A stretch of DNA of 64,000 bases from Scyliorhinus canicula (taxonomy: Eukaryota). Within the stretch, counting starts at the first letter, position 1. Every line of letters begins with the position of its first letter. Made by a program: the position numbers and the translations under genes. The notes beneath the pieces are model-generated. The model did not search any database and was not told where the DNA came from. It saw nothing but the letters and a program-made list of their open reading frames with translations. The stretch spans positions 309,644,335 to 309,708,334 of the forward strand of contig NC_052146.1 of assembly GCF_902713615.1 (NCBI RefSeq), read 5' to 3'. Of this stretch, positions 13,215 to 25,846 are shown one piece after another.

Positions 13215-13930
13215 GTAAGTAAACACCCAGGGTTGGCTTTGGTTTGGTGTGGTTATGTTTTGGAATTTGATTTGCTGGTTATCGGTGGGCGACGTGTATT
13301 TTGGGTCAGATATTTCTGTTTTGGAAGGTGATAGTTTGGGATTCCTCGCTGTTCGATGGGAAAGTCGGAGATAAGACTGAGTCCCCAGCCCAGTTATCGG
13401 TGTGTGTCAGACTGCTGGACTTGGAGGCCAATCAGTTGCTCTTCGAGCTCGAGAAACCACCCAAACATTTTCCTGCCAGCCTCCCAGAGAACAATCATTT
13501 CCACACCAGGGCTGACATCACCTGTCAGTTCAAGCTGATATTAAACTAAAAGGCTGACACTGATACAATCAAAAATGTGAAAAGGAAAGAGATAAAATCA
13601 GCAACAGGATACAGAGAGAGTGAGAGAGAATAGTGAGGAAAGGAATGCAGGAAATGACTATGAAGAATGATGGATGAGAAGGAAATGGCAGGTTTGTTCA
13701 CTGAGAATGTTGCAGCCCTTTAGGAAAACAAATTGGATTTGATACGGGTAAACACAATGACAGTGGAGTAAGTGTTGGGATTTAAGATCGATAAATCTCA
13801 AGGACCTGATGGTTTCCATGTCAAGTTATCAAAAGAATAGGTGAGAAAATTGTAAACGTGTTCATCAGAAGTTTCCAAAGCTCGAGAGATCCATGGGTAG
13901 CATTTGCTGGAGAGTAACAAATGTCACTCC

Positions 13931-14118
13931 GGGAGGCACGGTGGTACCATGGTTAGCACTGCTGCCTCACAGCGCCAGGGACACCGGTTCGATTCCGACC
14001 TCAGGTGACTGTGTGGAGTTTGCACGTTCTCCCCTTGTCTGTGTGGATTTCCTCCGGGTGCTCCGGTTTCCTCCCACAGTCCAAAGATGTGCAGGTTAGG
14101 TGGATTGGCCATGATCAC
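13931..14118 (+). mobile_element. HE1-like V-SINE, 3'-truncated, following a CR1 fragment (~13700-13930)
   Basis: GGCACGGTGGTACCATGGTTAGCACTGC...GGTTCGATTCC head and V core. Confidence 0.75.
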
Positions 14119-14744
14119 TCCGTGGGGTTGGGGGGGGAGTGGGCCAAAGGGAACAATTGGAAGTTGTTCAAACTTTCCTCATTTCCTCTGTTCAGAAGGT
14201 TCTTCTTTCACAATCCGTATTCCCCGGATCTGCTCCAAATAACAGTTTCTCAGCCATTGCCAGAAAATGTAACTGTGAAGCAATTCTTTAGCAAGAGGAA
14301 GTTGTGAAACTGAAGCAAGGAGAACATTGTGAATTCCGGTCATACCCACAATATACAACCTGGCCAGCACTCAATTTCCTGTCCTGAGCTCAGATAGCAG
14401 TTGGTCGGGTCGATATCAGAGGGTGTTGGGTGTGGGGCTGGGGGTGCTGGAGAGCAGAGTTGACCATTTCACACTGCGATATGTGTTAGTTACTAACCCT
14501 GCCCACCCCACTTCTCCCAGGGATTAACAGCTAGTTAATGGACATGCAGGGAACTGCCCAAACCACTGGAACCCACTGCCTGAGAGGGTGGCAGAGACAG
14601 AATCCAAACCACATTTATTTGGATACACTTTTAAGATGCTGTAAATTCAAGGCTCCAACTGAGGGTGCGATTGGTGTCGCCTCAATGTGCCGAATGGCTT
14701 CCTTCTGCACGGTTAAAGGAGGGAGGGAGGCAGAAGACGGGAAA

Positions 14745-15620
14745 TAATAGGCCGGATAGCCTGACTTCAGTCATTGGTAAGATTTTAGAGTCTGTCATAA
14801 AGAGGAGGTAGCAAGAAAGTTAGACAAAGGAGAACCAGTGGACGTGGTTTATTTAGATTTCCAGAATGCCATTGACAAGGTGCCGCACAGGAGACTGTTA
14901 AATAAGTTAAGAGCCCATGGCGTTAAGGGTAAGACCCTGGCATGGGCAGAGGATTGGCTGACTGGCAGAAGGCATAGAGTGGGGATAAAGGGGTCTTTTT
15001 CAGGATGGCAGCCGGTGACTAGTGGTGTGCCTCAGGGGTCTGTGCTGGGACCACAGCTTTTCACAATATACATTAATGATCTGGAAGAAGGAACTGAAGG
15101 CACTGTTGCTAAGTTTGCTGATGACACAAAGATCTGCAGAGGGACAGGTAGTATTGAGGAAGCAAGGGTGCTGCAGAAGGATTTGGACAGGCTAGGAGAG
15201 TGGGCAATGAAGTAGCAAATGAAATACAATGTGGAAAAGTGTGAGGTTAGGCAATTTGGAAGGAGGAATTTAGGCATAGACTATTTACTAAATGGGGACA
15301 TGCTTAGGAAATCAGAAGCAAAAGGGACTTGAAAATTAAATGAAAATCGCTTATTGTCACAAGTTGGCTTCAAATGAAGTTACTGTGAAAAGCCCTCAGT
15401 CGCCACATTCCGGGGCCTGTTTGGGGAGGCTGGTACGGGAATTAAACCGTGCTGCTGGCTTGCCTTTGTTTGCTTTCAAAGCCAGCAATTTAGCCCTGTG
15501 CTAAACCAGCCCCAAGGACTTGGGAGTCCTTGTTAATGATTCTCTTGAGGTTAATGTGCAGGTTCAGTCGGCAGTTCAGAAGGCAAATGCAATGTTAGCA
15601 TTCATGTCAAGAGGGCTTCT
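14745..15620 (+). mobile_element. CR1 RT fragment interrupted by a minus-strand tRNA-SINE (~15332-15513)
   Basis: ORF 14838-15215 has DFQNAIDKVPH, GVPQGSVLGP and FADD. The SINE matches the + strand copy at about 39810-39985. Confidence 0.8.
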
Positions 15621-16241
15621 GAAGAGGAATTGGGGGGTTAATTTCATCCTGAGGGACTGTTGGTCAGTACTGTGCAATGTGAAAGAGTCGCTAAGTTCTG
15701 ATGCAGCGTTGTCAGTTTGAAAAGTTTTGCCAGTGTATGAATTCAGAGCAGCAGGAGGTGCCTGTCATAATATACACGCAAGTATATGATGGTGCACAGA
15801 CTGGGAGTGATTGACACACGGGATGACCAGTGAACACACAGAGCACAGCAGCCAATCACCACACAGGACACGACCACTATCAAGCCAGAGGGCACTAGTT
15901 TTCTCACTCTAGGATCCAGCCTCTGAGACAGAGCCCGTGAGCAACAACTAGAACAAACACCATGTGGTAGTAAGATAGTCTGCTCAGGTTAGCTTCAGGT
16001 CTCCAGTCAACTCAGCATAGTGTCAACCCACAGTTAAAGCATGTATTATAGTTAAGTGTTCAATAAAATTGAGTCGCAGTTCTTCAAGTGTTGGAAGCCT
16101 GTCTCTCTCACTGCTGCAGTAAACGCAGTCCTCGCAGACCCAGCTTACCCAACACATCATGGTACCAGTGAGCTATGCTTGGGTTTGATGGACCTACCTT
16201 GAGATAATTTGCCTTTGACCAGCGATCAGCCATCTGGTGAA

Positions 16242-17298
16242 ATGGACAGCGTCCGCCCTCCCTCCGCAGCTCCGCATCACCGCATCGGTGCCAACTGGAA
16301 GATTTTTAAGCAGAAGTTCCAGCTGTATCTCGAAGCCACCGACCTCGAGGCCGCATCGGATGCCAGGAAGATCGCACTCTTCCTCTCTGCAGCCGGGGAC
16401 CACGCTATCCACACCTTCAACTCCCTCACCTTTGCTGAAGGCCAGGACAAGATGAAGTTTAAAACAGTCCTGCTGTAGTTCGCCAGCCACTGTGACATCG
16501 AAGTCAATGAGAGCTTTGAACGCTACGTGTTTCAGCAGAGGCTTCAGGGTAAGGATTAACCTTTTCAGTCCTTTTTAACCCATCTCCGCATCCTCGCGCA
16601 GTCCTGCAACTATGGCTCCACTTCCGATTCCATTATCCGGGATAAGATTGTTTTCGGGGTCGACTCCAAACCCCTTCGCCAGCAGCTCCTAAAAGTTAAG
16701 CAGCTCACCCTTACCATCGCCATCGAGACCTGCGTCCTCCACGAGCACGCTAACAACCGGTACTCCCACATCAAGGCGGCAGAAACGGCACGGCAAAACC
16801 CCCACCATGCGGAATGGGTGCATGCCATCAAACAAATACAGGGCCTGAGTCTGGATGAGGGCGGCCATTCCGCGCGCTTTTCCCGGGTTCCTGTGCATGC
16901 GCGCCATGACCAAGGGGACGGCGAGGCCGACGACCGTAATCGCGCAAGTGCACACGTCGTTCGACCGCACTGCGCATGCGCAGTGGTGCACGGAACGTCC
17001 TGACGGCAGCACCATGATGTGCGCCAACTGTGGCTCCGCCCATTTAAAGTGGGAATGTCCCACAAAATCTCGACGTTGCCTCCAGTGTGGCAAGCTTGGC
17101 CACTACACAGCCCTTTGTAGATCTGCTCCACTGCCCAACACACAGCAATCCCAGCCGCAGCGCAGGAGCGTCCGGTCAGTACAGCAACCCGTCACAGACT
17201 TCGACTCCGACATTCTTCCAGATCTCGACACCGAGGGCCTCACATCCCCATTCCGGGTGGGCATCATCACCAACCATACGCTGCCTTTATCAACGATG
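16242..17298 (+). pseudogene. gag: Gypsy gag with stops and frameshifts
   Basis: NWKIFKQKFQLYLEA, then stops at 16477 and about 16556, then the zinc knuckle CLQCGKLGHYTALC. Confidence 0.8.
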
Positions 17299-17383
17299 AT
17301 GTGGAGATGCCGGCGTTGGACTGGGGTGAGCACGGTAAGAAGTCTTACAGCACCAGGTTAAAGTCCAACAGGTTTGATTCAAA

Positions 17384-17418
17384 CACGAGCTTTCAGAGCG
17401 CAGCTCCTTCCTCAGGTG
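17384..17418 (-). ncRNA. Minimal type I hammerhead ribozyme motif (Penelope-associated)
   Basis: Minus strand reads CAC-CTGAGGA-AGGAGCTGCGCTCT-GAAA-GCTC-GTG. This gives a CUGANGA/GAAA core, stem II, a palindromic AGCU stem III, a CUC cleavage triplet and a 3-bp stem I. Confidence 0.7.
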
Positions 17419-18038
17419 AATGGCGAGGTATGTTCCAGAAACATTTATATAGACAAAGTCAGAGATGCTGGACAATGCTTGGAATGCGAGCATTTGCAGG
17501 TAATCTGCTAATGCTCGCATTCCAAGCATTGTCCAGCATCTCCGACTTTGTCACAGGAAAGGATGTCCCGAAGCGTGGTACATTGGCGAGACCATGCAGA
17601 CACTGCGACAGCGAATGAACGGGCATCGTGCGACAATCACCAGGCAGGAATGTTCCCTTCCAGTCGGGGAACACTTCAGCAGTCAAGGGCATTCAGCCTC
17701 TGATCTCCGGGTAAGCGTTCTCCAAGGCAGTCTTCAGGACACGCGACAACGCAGAATTGCCGAGCAAAAACTTATAGCTAAGTTCCGCACGCATGAGTGC
17801 TGCCTCAGCAGGGATCTTGGATTCATGTCGCATTACATCCACCCCCCACCATCTGGCCTGGACTTGCAAAATCCCACCAACTGTCCTGGCTTGAGACAAT
17901 TCACACCTCTTTAACCTGTGATTATCCCTCTCCCTGGATCTGTAATGATTTGATTACCTGCAAATGCTCGCATTCCAAGCATTGTCCAGCATCTCTGACT
18001 TTGTCTATATAAATGTTTCTGGAACATACCTCGCCATT

Positions 18039-18073
18039 CACCTGAGGGAGGAGCTGCGCTCAGAAAGCTCGTG
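18039..18073 (+). ncRNA. Second hammerhead motif copy with a mutated core
   Basis: CAC-CTGAGGG-AGGAGCTGCGCTCA-GAAA-GCTC-GTG, with A9>G and a mismatch at the base of stem II. Confidence 0.5.
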
Positions 18074-18111
18074 TTTATCAACGATGGTGAGACAACTCCC
18101 AATAATGAGCA

Positions 18112-21100
18112 TTGATCCAGACGACGAGTGGTGTTACGGTCAACAAGGCTCCCATACGCTTCAAGCTGGACACTGGCGCTTCAGCAAACCGCATTTCAAA
18201 GTCTGACCTTGACACCGTCCGCGTCAAGCCAACCATTCTTCCACCGGCTTGCCAGCTCCTTGACTACAATGGCAATGCCATTGCTGCCAATGGCTCATGC
18301 CAGCTTGCGGTGTCCCATCATTCTTCAAAAGCTACGCTGCATTTTGAAATTGTAGGAACCAACAGAGCTTCCCTGCTTGGTGCTCGGGCCTGCAAACTCC
18401 TGAACCTTGTGCAGCGGGTTCACTCCATGTCGTCCGCAGAGGCAACGGCCTCACCAGATGTTAACTTCCAAGCCCAACTCGATGGCATCATGGCACAATA
18501 CCACAGCGTCTTCGAAGGTATAGGCACCCTCCCTTACCAATATAAAATCCTGTTGAAGCCGAATGCCACCCCTGTTGTCCATGCACCGTGTCGGGTGCCG
18601 GTGCCCCTTAAGGACCGCCTCAAGCAGCAGCTGCAAGACCTCCAGGACCAGGGCATCATTTCTAAGGTCACGGAACCCATGGACTGGGTTAGCTCCATGG
18701 TTTGTGCCAAAAAGCCATCAGGGGAACGTCGAATCTGTATTGACCCCAAAGATTTGAACCGCAACATCATGAGGGAACACTACCCAATACCTAAACGAGA
18801 AGAGATAACCAGCAAGATAGCTCATGCCATATTCTTCACGAAGCTGGATGCCTCCAAGGGGTTTTGGCAAATACAGCTGGATGCGTCCAGTCGAAAGCTG
18901 TGCACATTCAATGCCCCGTTCGGTCGCTACTGTTACAACCGAATGCCCTTTGGCATCATCTCCGCCTCAGAGGTGTTCCACCGCATAATGGAACAAATGA
19001 TGGAGGGTATCAAGGGAGTGCGAGTGTACGTCGATGATATCATAATCTGGTCAACGACTCCTCAGGAGAACATTGATCGCCTAGAGCGGGTGTTCCACAG
19101 GATCCACGAGCATGGCCTCCGACTCAACAGAGCCAAATGCTCCTTCGGTCAATCAGAAATCAAGTTCCTTGGCGACCACATTTCGCTGTTCGGCGTGCAG
19201 CCAGATGCAGAGAAGGTGTCGGCGATCAACGCCATGAAGACCCCAGAGGACAAGATGGCGGTCCTCCGCTTCCTAGAGATGGTCAACTTCCTTGAGAAGT
19301 TTATCCCCAATGTTGCATCACACACCATAGCTCTCCGCCATCTCATTAAAAAAACTACGGCCTCCCAGTGGCTACCCGCTCATGAGCAAGAGTGGCGTGA
19401 GCTCAGGGCGAAACTCACCAAGGCCCTGGTGCTGGCGTTTTTCAACCCCGCCAAGGAAACGAAAATATCCACCGACGCGAGCCAGGCTGGCATTGGGGCT
19501 GTGCTCCTCCAGCGGGATGACTCCTCTTCCTGGGCCCCAGTCACATGTGCTTCTAGAGCCATGACACCCACTGAGCAACGATACGCTCGGATTGAAAAAG
19601 AATGCCTGGGCCTCCTCACAGGGATTGCCAAATTCCATGATTATGTGTACGGCCTCCCCAAATTCACGGTCGAGACGGACCACAGGCCATTGGTTCACAT
19701 CATCCAAAAAGACCTCAATGACATGACGCCACGGCTACAACGTATCCTCCTCAAACTCCGCCGCTACGATTTCGACCTGGTGTACACCCCGGGCAAAGAG
19801 CTCATTGTGGCCGATGTACTCTCCAGATCCATCACCACACCGTGTTAGCAGACTGACTTTGTCTGTCAAATAGACGCCCAGATGGAATTCTGTGCCTCCA
19901 ACTTTCCGGCCAATGATGAAAGGGTTGTGCAAATTCGTCAGGAGACGGCCAGGGATCCTCTACTCCAGTGGGTCTTGCGACATCTCACAGATGGTTGGCA
20001 AAAGGGGCAGTGCCCCCAGTTTTATAATGTAAAGGATGATCCAGCGATAGTGGACGGCATACTAATGAAGCTTGACAGAATTGTGATCCCACAGAGCATG
20101 TGAGAGTTTGTCCTCGGCCAAATCCACGAGGGTCACCTGGGGGTCGAAAAGTGTCGCCTTCGAGCCCGAGAGGCAGTATATTGGCCAGGCATCAGCCAAG
20201 ATATCGCCAACACGGTCCTCAATTGCCCAATATGTCAAAGATTCCAGTTGGCTCAGCCTAAAGAGACTCTACAGCCGTATGAAATGGTGACCTCCCCATG
20301 GTCCAAAGTTGGTGTTGACCTCTTTCATGCCAAGGGCTGGGACGATGTCCTCCTAGTGGACTACTTTACCAACTACTCCGAGGTGGTCAAACTGACTGAC
20401 CTCACCTCAGCAACAGTAATCAAGGCACGCAAGGAGACTTTTGCCCGGCATGGGATCCCACTCACAGTTATGAGTGACAACGGCCGCTGCTTCTTCAGCC
20501 AGGATTGGACAGATTTTGCCCGACTGTACAATTTTTGGCACGTCACATCAGGCCCCCACTACCCCCAGTCGAATGGGAAGGCTGAAAAAGGGGTCCACAT
20601 CGTTAAAAGACTGTTGTGCAAAGCTGCTGACTCGGGTTCGGATTTCAATCTGGCGCTGTTAGCCTCCAGGGCGCCTCCTTTGTCCACTGGCCTGTCCCCA
20701 GCACAGCTCCTAATCAACCGCACACTGCGAACGACAGCGCCAGCTATCCACGTTCCGGACCTTGACAATTTCCCGGTCCTACAGAGGATGCAACAGTCTC
20801 GGGCCCAATGCAAGTCGGGGTATGGCACCCACGCCACAGATCTCCCTGCTCTGGCCCCTGCTGACCGAGTTCTTGCTCAGCGACCTGACGGCGGCTGGTC
20901 TGCCACAGCTGTGGTGGTCAAGCAAGTGGCCCCGAGATCGTTCCTCGTTCACATGCATGATGGCTCTTTTCTTCGGCGCAATAGGCGGGCACTGCAGCGA
21001 CTTCCACGCCCGCCACCTAACCGTGATGTCCTGCCTCGCACGCTGGTTCCTCAGGACGTGCCCTTCCACGAGGCCACCGATCTGCCAGTTATTCTACTGA

Positions 21101-21159
21101 CCTCTACATTGAGGCTGTTACGCCCTTTCAAGTGCAGGCGGCCCCTGACCCACCCTTGA
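18112..21159 (+). pseudogene. pol: Gypsy pol (protease, RT, RNase H, integrase) with in-frame stops
   Basis: KLDTGA protease, YVDD RT, STDASQAGIGAVL RNase H and an integrase core (VMSDNG, PHYPQSNGKAEKGV) across ORFs 18112-19848, 19882-20103 and 20248-21159. Confidence 0.93.
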
Positions 21160-21800
21160 GGCGGTCAACCAGAATTTGTCGCCCGCCACAGAGAATGAAT
21201 TTAGAGACTTAATGTGGCATTACCTTGTGATCTCATCGTTTACATATCTGTACATATTGTTTTTTTTCTAATGTGTTATCTGCCCTCTATCTGCACTAGA
21301 CACCTTCCCATGTAAATACATTAGCATATATTATATATAGTCACACACACTCACTATTTATTGACCTGAACACATTGTTTATAAAAAGGCGAGAGATAAT
21401 ATAATATACATCCAGGTATATGATGGTGCACAGACAGGCAGTGATTGACACACAGGATGACCAGTGAACACACAGAACACAGCAGCCAATCACCAGACAG
21501 GACACGGCCACTATAAAGCCAGGGGGCACTAATTTTCCCGCTCTCTCGGGATCCAGCCTCTGAGACAGTCAGAGCTCGTGAGTAGCAACTAGAACAAATA
21601 CCATGTGGTAGTAAGATAGTCTGGTTGGGTTAGCCTCAGGTCTCCAGTCAAGTCAGCATAGTGTCATCCCACAGTTAAAGTATGTATGATAGTTAAGTGA
21701 TCAATAAAATTGAGTTGCATTTCTTCAAGTGTTGGAAGCCTGTCTCTCTCACTGCTGCAGTAAACGCAGTCCTCGCAGACCCAGCTTACCCAACACATCA

Positions 21801-22297
21801 GTGCCTGGGCCCCTCGAGCCTGTTCCACCATTCAACACGGTCACGGTGATCTGATTGTCCCTGTCTCTCAGTCTCCAGAGGCCCCTGGGCCCCTCGAGCC
21901 TGTTCCACCATTCAGCACGGTCATGGTGTCTGATTGTCCCTGTCTCTCTGTCTCCAGAGGCCCCTGGGCCCCTCGAGCCTGTTCCAGCATTCAGCACGAT
22001 CACAGTGATCTGATTGTCCCTGTCTCTCAGTCTCCAGAGGCCCCTGGGCCCCTCGAGCCTGTTCCACCATTCAGCACGGTCATGGTGTCTGATTGTCCCT
22101 GTCTCTCAGTCTCCAGAGGCCCCTGGGCCCCTCGAGCCTGTTCCCCCATTCAGCACGGTCATGGTGACTGATTGTCCCTGTCTCTCTGTCTCCAGAGGCT
22201 GCTGGGTCTCCTGAGCCTGTTCCACCATTCAACATGGTCATGGTGATCTGATTGGCCCTGTCTCTCTGTCTCCAGAGGCTGCTGGGTTTCCTGAGCA
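21801..22297. repeat. ~79-80 bp minisatellite, about 6 copies, partly derived from a CR1 3' tail
   Basis: Unit starts at 21881, 21960, 22040 and 22119. Contains GGCCCCTCGAGCCTGTTCCACCATTCA, similar to the CR1 tail at about 29100. Confidence 0.9.
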
Positions 22298-22489
22298 TTC
22301 ATTCCCAGCATTTTCTGAAATCCTGATTGTCAAAATCTGCAGCACTTTGCTTGGGGTTAATTTGAACAAGTTAGTGTGGATAATACACAATATCCACACA
22401 TCAATACACAGGAGACTTTATAACCTGCTCTAAGCTTCTATTTTGTATTTTCTTATCTGTTCTGATCTTCAGTTATTTTCTGTTTACAG

Positions 22490-22840
22490 GTCATGTGACA
22501 GGGACGGTTCTTATCCAATCGCCTCAAGTTGTGAAAGTGCCTGAGGGTGAAACAGTGAAGTTTCTGTGTGACTTACAGAGCGACCATGTAGATCACACTG
22601 TGGATAAATACGATGTACATTGGTACTACCCAGAAAGTAAGGAATCGATATTGAGTCATTATGTAAATGGCCATGTTTACCGGCCGACAGGTCTGTCTGA
22701 TCGGTTTCAGCCGTCCAGAGATGTTGTCGGTAACAGCTACATTCTGACAGTCAGAGATGTGAAGCTCGGTGACTCCGCTGTCTATATCTGTGGGATTTGG
22801 GGGACAATCTTTGGGAATGGAACCCGGCTGAATGTAACCA
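22490..22840 (+). CDS. Exon 2: Ig V-set domain 1 with germline J-like strand
   Basis: Polypyrimidine TTTACAG acceptor and GTAAGT donor, 351 nt, phase 1-1. Motifs: LIQSP, FLC, VHWY, DRF, DSAVYICGIW, FGNGTRLNVT. Confidence 0.93.
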
Positions 22841-24629
22841 GTAAGTACTGTCTATCTTATATTGCTTTGATTCCATATTGACCATATATTAGAGGAATAT
22901 GATGGAACATTGCCAGCCTCGGAGGCTGTGACCCAGAGGGAGGAACGATCTGGGAAGAAGCCTGAAGTCTGTGAAGTAAAAATGTACAATTTAAACACAC
23001 ACACAGACAGAAAGCGACAGGGTGAGTGGAAAGGTGTGATATCAAAGTTTCACCCCTAAAATCTCTCAGAGCTCCAGGGGGTGTCTGTGATTTTCCCGTT
23101 CAGATTCCCAGTGGGGATTCGGGGTGGATTTTGACAGAACTGAAAGTGTGAATTTCTGTCCTCTCTCTCTCTCTCTGCCTTTCCCCAGCTGATTAGAATT
23201 AAACTTTACTGTGCGGGGGGTGTGGGCACTCTGCTGGTCTGTGGGCAGGGAAGCTGCTGATGTGGCTCTGATAGGTGGGCTCCAGAACCTCTGGTCAAAC
23301 AGGGAAGCTCTTCCACAATGTCCTCCCTGGATGGTCTATCCTGGCTAGCCTCTCCCTCTGCTGCCCCCACTGCAAACCCTCTTGTTGACCAGCCTGAGCT
23401 CCTCCCTTGTCACATCCCCCTCCTCCTGCTCCTGAGGTTACGGGAATATTGGGCGTATCAGATCCAGAGGTGTTCCAGTGGCCGATCTGTGTCAAGAGGG
23501 AAGGCAGTGAGGAGAGAAAATGTGTGCCCCTGGATTTCACCCATATAACTGATGGACAGTGAGCTTCCCAACTCAGGGAAAGAAGCCAGAGTTAGAACAG
23601 CAAGGAGCATTGGCATTCCGGGTCTGGAAGAGGGTGGAGAGATAGGATGGGATAAGACTAGATGGAGATTTGAAGATGAAAACATGCCATCTATTTGGTG
23701 AATTCAGAGACAGGCACATAGCTAATGACTCCAGTGATAAATGAGCAGCACTGAGCTTGATGCTGTGAGCTGGGAGTTAATCTGGTGTGATGAATGTAGA
23801 AACTGTTATTTAATGATAATAATAATTATTATTACCTTTATTGTCACAAGTAGGCTTACATTTACACTGTCATGTTGTTTAAAAAAACCTGGTTTAAAAT
23901 ACATGCATGCAGTATGTCTGTGAAAGCTGTAATTAAGGAATGGTAAAAAGGTGATTGAATCCAACCATTTACTTGTTTACAGATGAAGGACTAATAGAAT
24001 CATGTTTTGATTGCTCGGGATTCCCTGGAGTATAGATAATTTATGGGGGCGTGATGTTTCATCCGAGCTAAGGAAGCCATGGAACTCAGTGGGATCCAGA
24101 TGATGTAATTAATGGGAGGTGCCAGGTCTGTCAATAGTTGCGCATTTTTAAGTTGAACAGCAGTTTTCCCAAAAACTGCTAGTTTGAAGATAAGTGGACT
24201 GCATCTGCTCTTGAAAGGATCGCTCTACAAAATTCTTTGCACAGCTGAACAAATTATCTGTTTGTTATCTTATTCATAAGGGACATTTGAACTGTATTAA
24301 AGTTGTTCCTTTTATTTCAGAACTGTTCAACTATTAATTGTAAAATTATTTCTTTGATGTTAATGTGGTTCATTCTTTGTTTAAATTAAAGTTGTTTGAA
24401 CAGAAAAGGGACCTATTGGTCAGACTATTCACTCCTGGGGTGAAGAATATTTTCCTCACAAATTTACAAATTGAAACTAATGTTTGAGGGTCTTGTCCGA
24501 TACCCTAACACATGTTGGGATCTGGTCCGGATCCTAACACATGTTGGGGCCTGCTCCGGGATCTTAACAAATGTTGGGATCTGGTCTGGGATCCTACAAA
24601 TAAGTAATAATGATTATATTACAATCATT

Positions 24630-24930
24630 ATTATTGTCACAAGTAGGCCTACATTAAACACTGCAATGAGGTTAATGTGAAAATCCCCGAGTCGCTGTAT
24701 TCCGCCGCCTGTTCGGGTACACAGAGAGAGAATTCAGAATGTCCAATTCACCGAACAGCACGTTTTTTGGGACTTGTGGTAGGAAACCGGTGGACCCAGA
24801 GGAAAACCCATCAGACACACACAGAACGTACACACTCAGCACAGACAGTGACCCAAGCCTGGAATTGAACCTGGGACCTTGGAACTGTGAAGCAACAGTG
24901 GTACTCACCGTGCGACCGTGGCCGCCCACA
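24630..24930 (-). mobile_element. tRNA/V-type SINE
   Basis: Minus-strand head ...GGTCCCAGGTTCAATTCCAGGCTTGGGTCACTGTCTGTG, and a tail shared with the SINEs at 15332 and 39810. Confidence 0.7.
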
Positions 24931-25501
24931 AATGTTAGGGTCTGGTCTGGGATCTGAACAAATGTTGGGGTTTGCTCCGGGATCCTAACACTGGATGGAT
25001 TTGAACAGGTGGATTTGAGATGGTTTATGGAATGAGATTAGATGAAGAGTCAGCAGTCGGAGGGACAGATATGTCTGGATGGTTTCTGTGAAGAGAGGAT
25101 TAATGACAATGGTTTTGAATATTTGAGGAAAGCCCCCAGTGTGTGACCCTCGAGTAAACAATGACAAAATATCGGGGGAGGGAAGAAATAGAAATTAACA
25201 GGGGAGGGGGGCATTTAGGAAATATGGAGAGAGGGATTGGGAGGGAGAATGGGAAGAATCTGCAGTGATAGGGATCAGGGAGGAGGAATAGCGGAGTTCG
25301 GAATGATGGGGGGAGTGGCAGAGACAGCTGAACATGTGACCTTAAACAAATAAATCTTTAGCTTTTTCTGATGAGAACGTTTGATAATATCTTCACTTGG
25401 TCCCCAAGGTAACATCAGCGGATATATTCTTCACTGAAACATTTGCAGATATTCACAACCTTCTGACTGGTGTTTAACTTGTTGATATTTTTCTCTTAAA
25501 G

Positions 25502-25846
25502 GTGCGAATCCTCCAATCCTTATCCAGTCTCCGAGTCTGGAACGTGTCACAGAGGGTCAGACTGCACGGTTACAGTGCACCATGCGGAACGCCACAGTGA
25601 CACACACCGATGTTCACTGGAACCGGGAGCTGCCAGGGAAAGATATGGAGAGGGTTTTAACACATGATATAAAGAACAACACACAACGGAGTCCAGGTTT
25701 CACTGAGCGTTTCCATCCTTCCCGAGACACGTCCAATAAAACCTTCATCCTGACAATCAGCAACGTGCAGCCCAGTGACACTGCCGTCTATTACTGCTCC
25801 GTGTGGGGAGATATCAGTGGGAATGGATCACAGCTGAGTGTAACCA
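25502..25846 (+). CDS. Exon 3: Ig V-set domain 2 with germline J-like strand
   Basis: TTCTCTTAAAG acceptor and GTAAGT donor, 345 nt, phase 1-1. Motifs: LIQSP, LQC, VHWN, ERF, DTAVYYCSVW, SGNGSQLSVT. Confidence 0.93.

Larger units (their letters stand above)
17299..18073 (+). mobile_element. Penelope-like element fragment (GIY-YIG C-terminus) with inverted pseudo-LTRs, inserted in the Gypsy gag-pro junction
   Basis: ORF 17594-17914 (QTLRQRMNGHR...PVGEHFS...RRIAEQKLI). Inverted repeats at about 17384-17507 and 17951-18073. A 13-bp flanking duplication TTTATCAACGATG lies at 17286-17298 and 18074-18086. Confidence 0.85.
15763..21800 (+). mobile_element. Ty3/Gypsy LTR retrotransposon, full structure but degenerate
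   Basis: LTRs 15763-16159 and 21397-21800, 5-bp TSD GTGCC, PBS TGGTACCAG at 16160 (tRNA-Leu(UAA)-like) and PPT AAAAAGGCGAGAGA. Carries gag with a CCHC knuckle, and pol. Confidence 0.95.

Noticed and set aside
13931-14010. tRNA genes (A/B boxes here and at other SINE heads)
   Set aside because: They continue into SINE V/Deu cores and LINE-derived tails and lack a full cloverleaf.
22590-25600. RSS heptamer-like CACTGTG in V1 and CACAGTG in V2
   Set aside because: They lie inside the coding exons, with no nonamer at 12 or 23 bp spacing.
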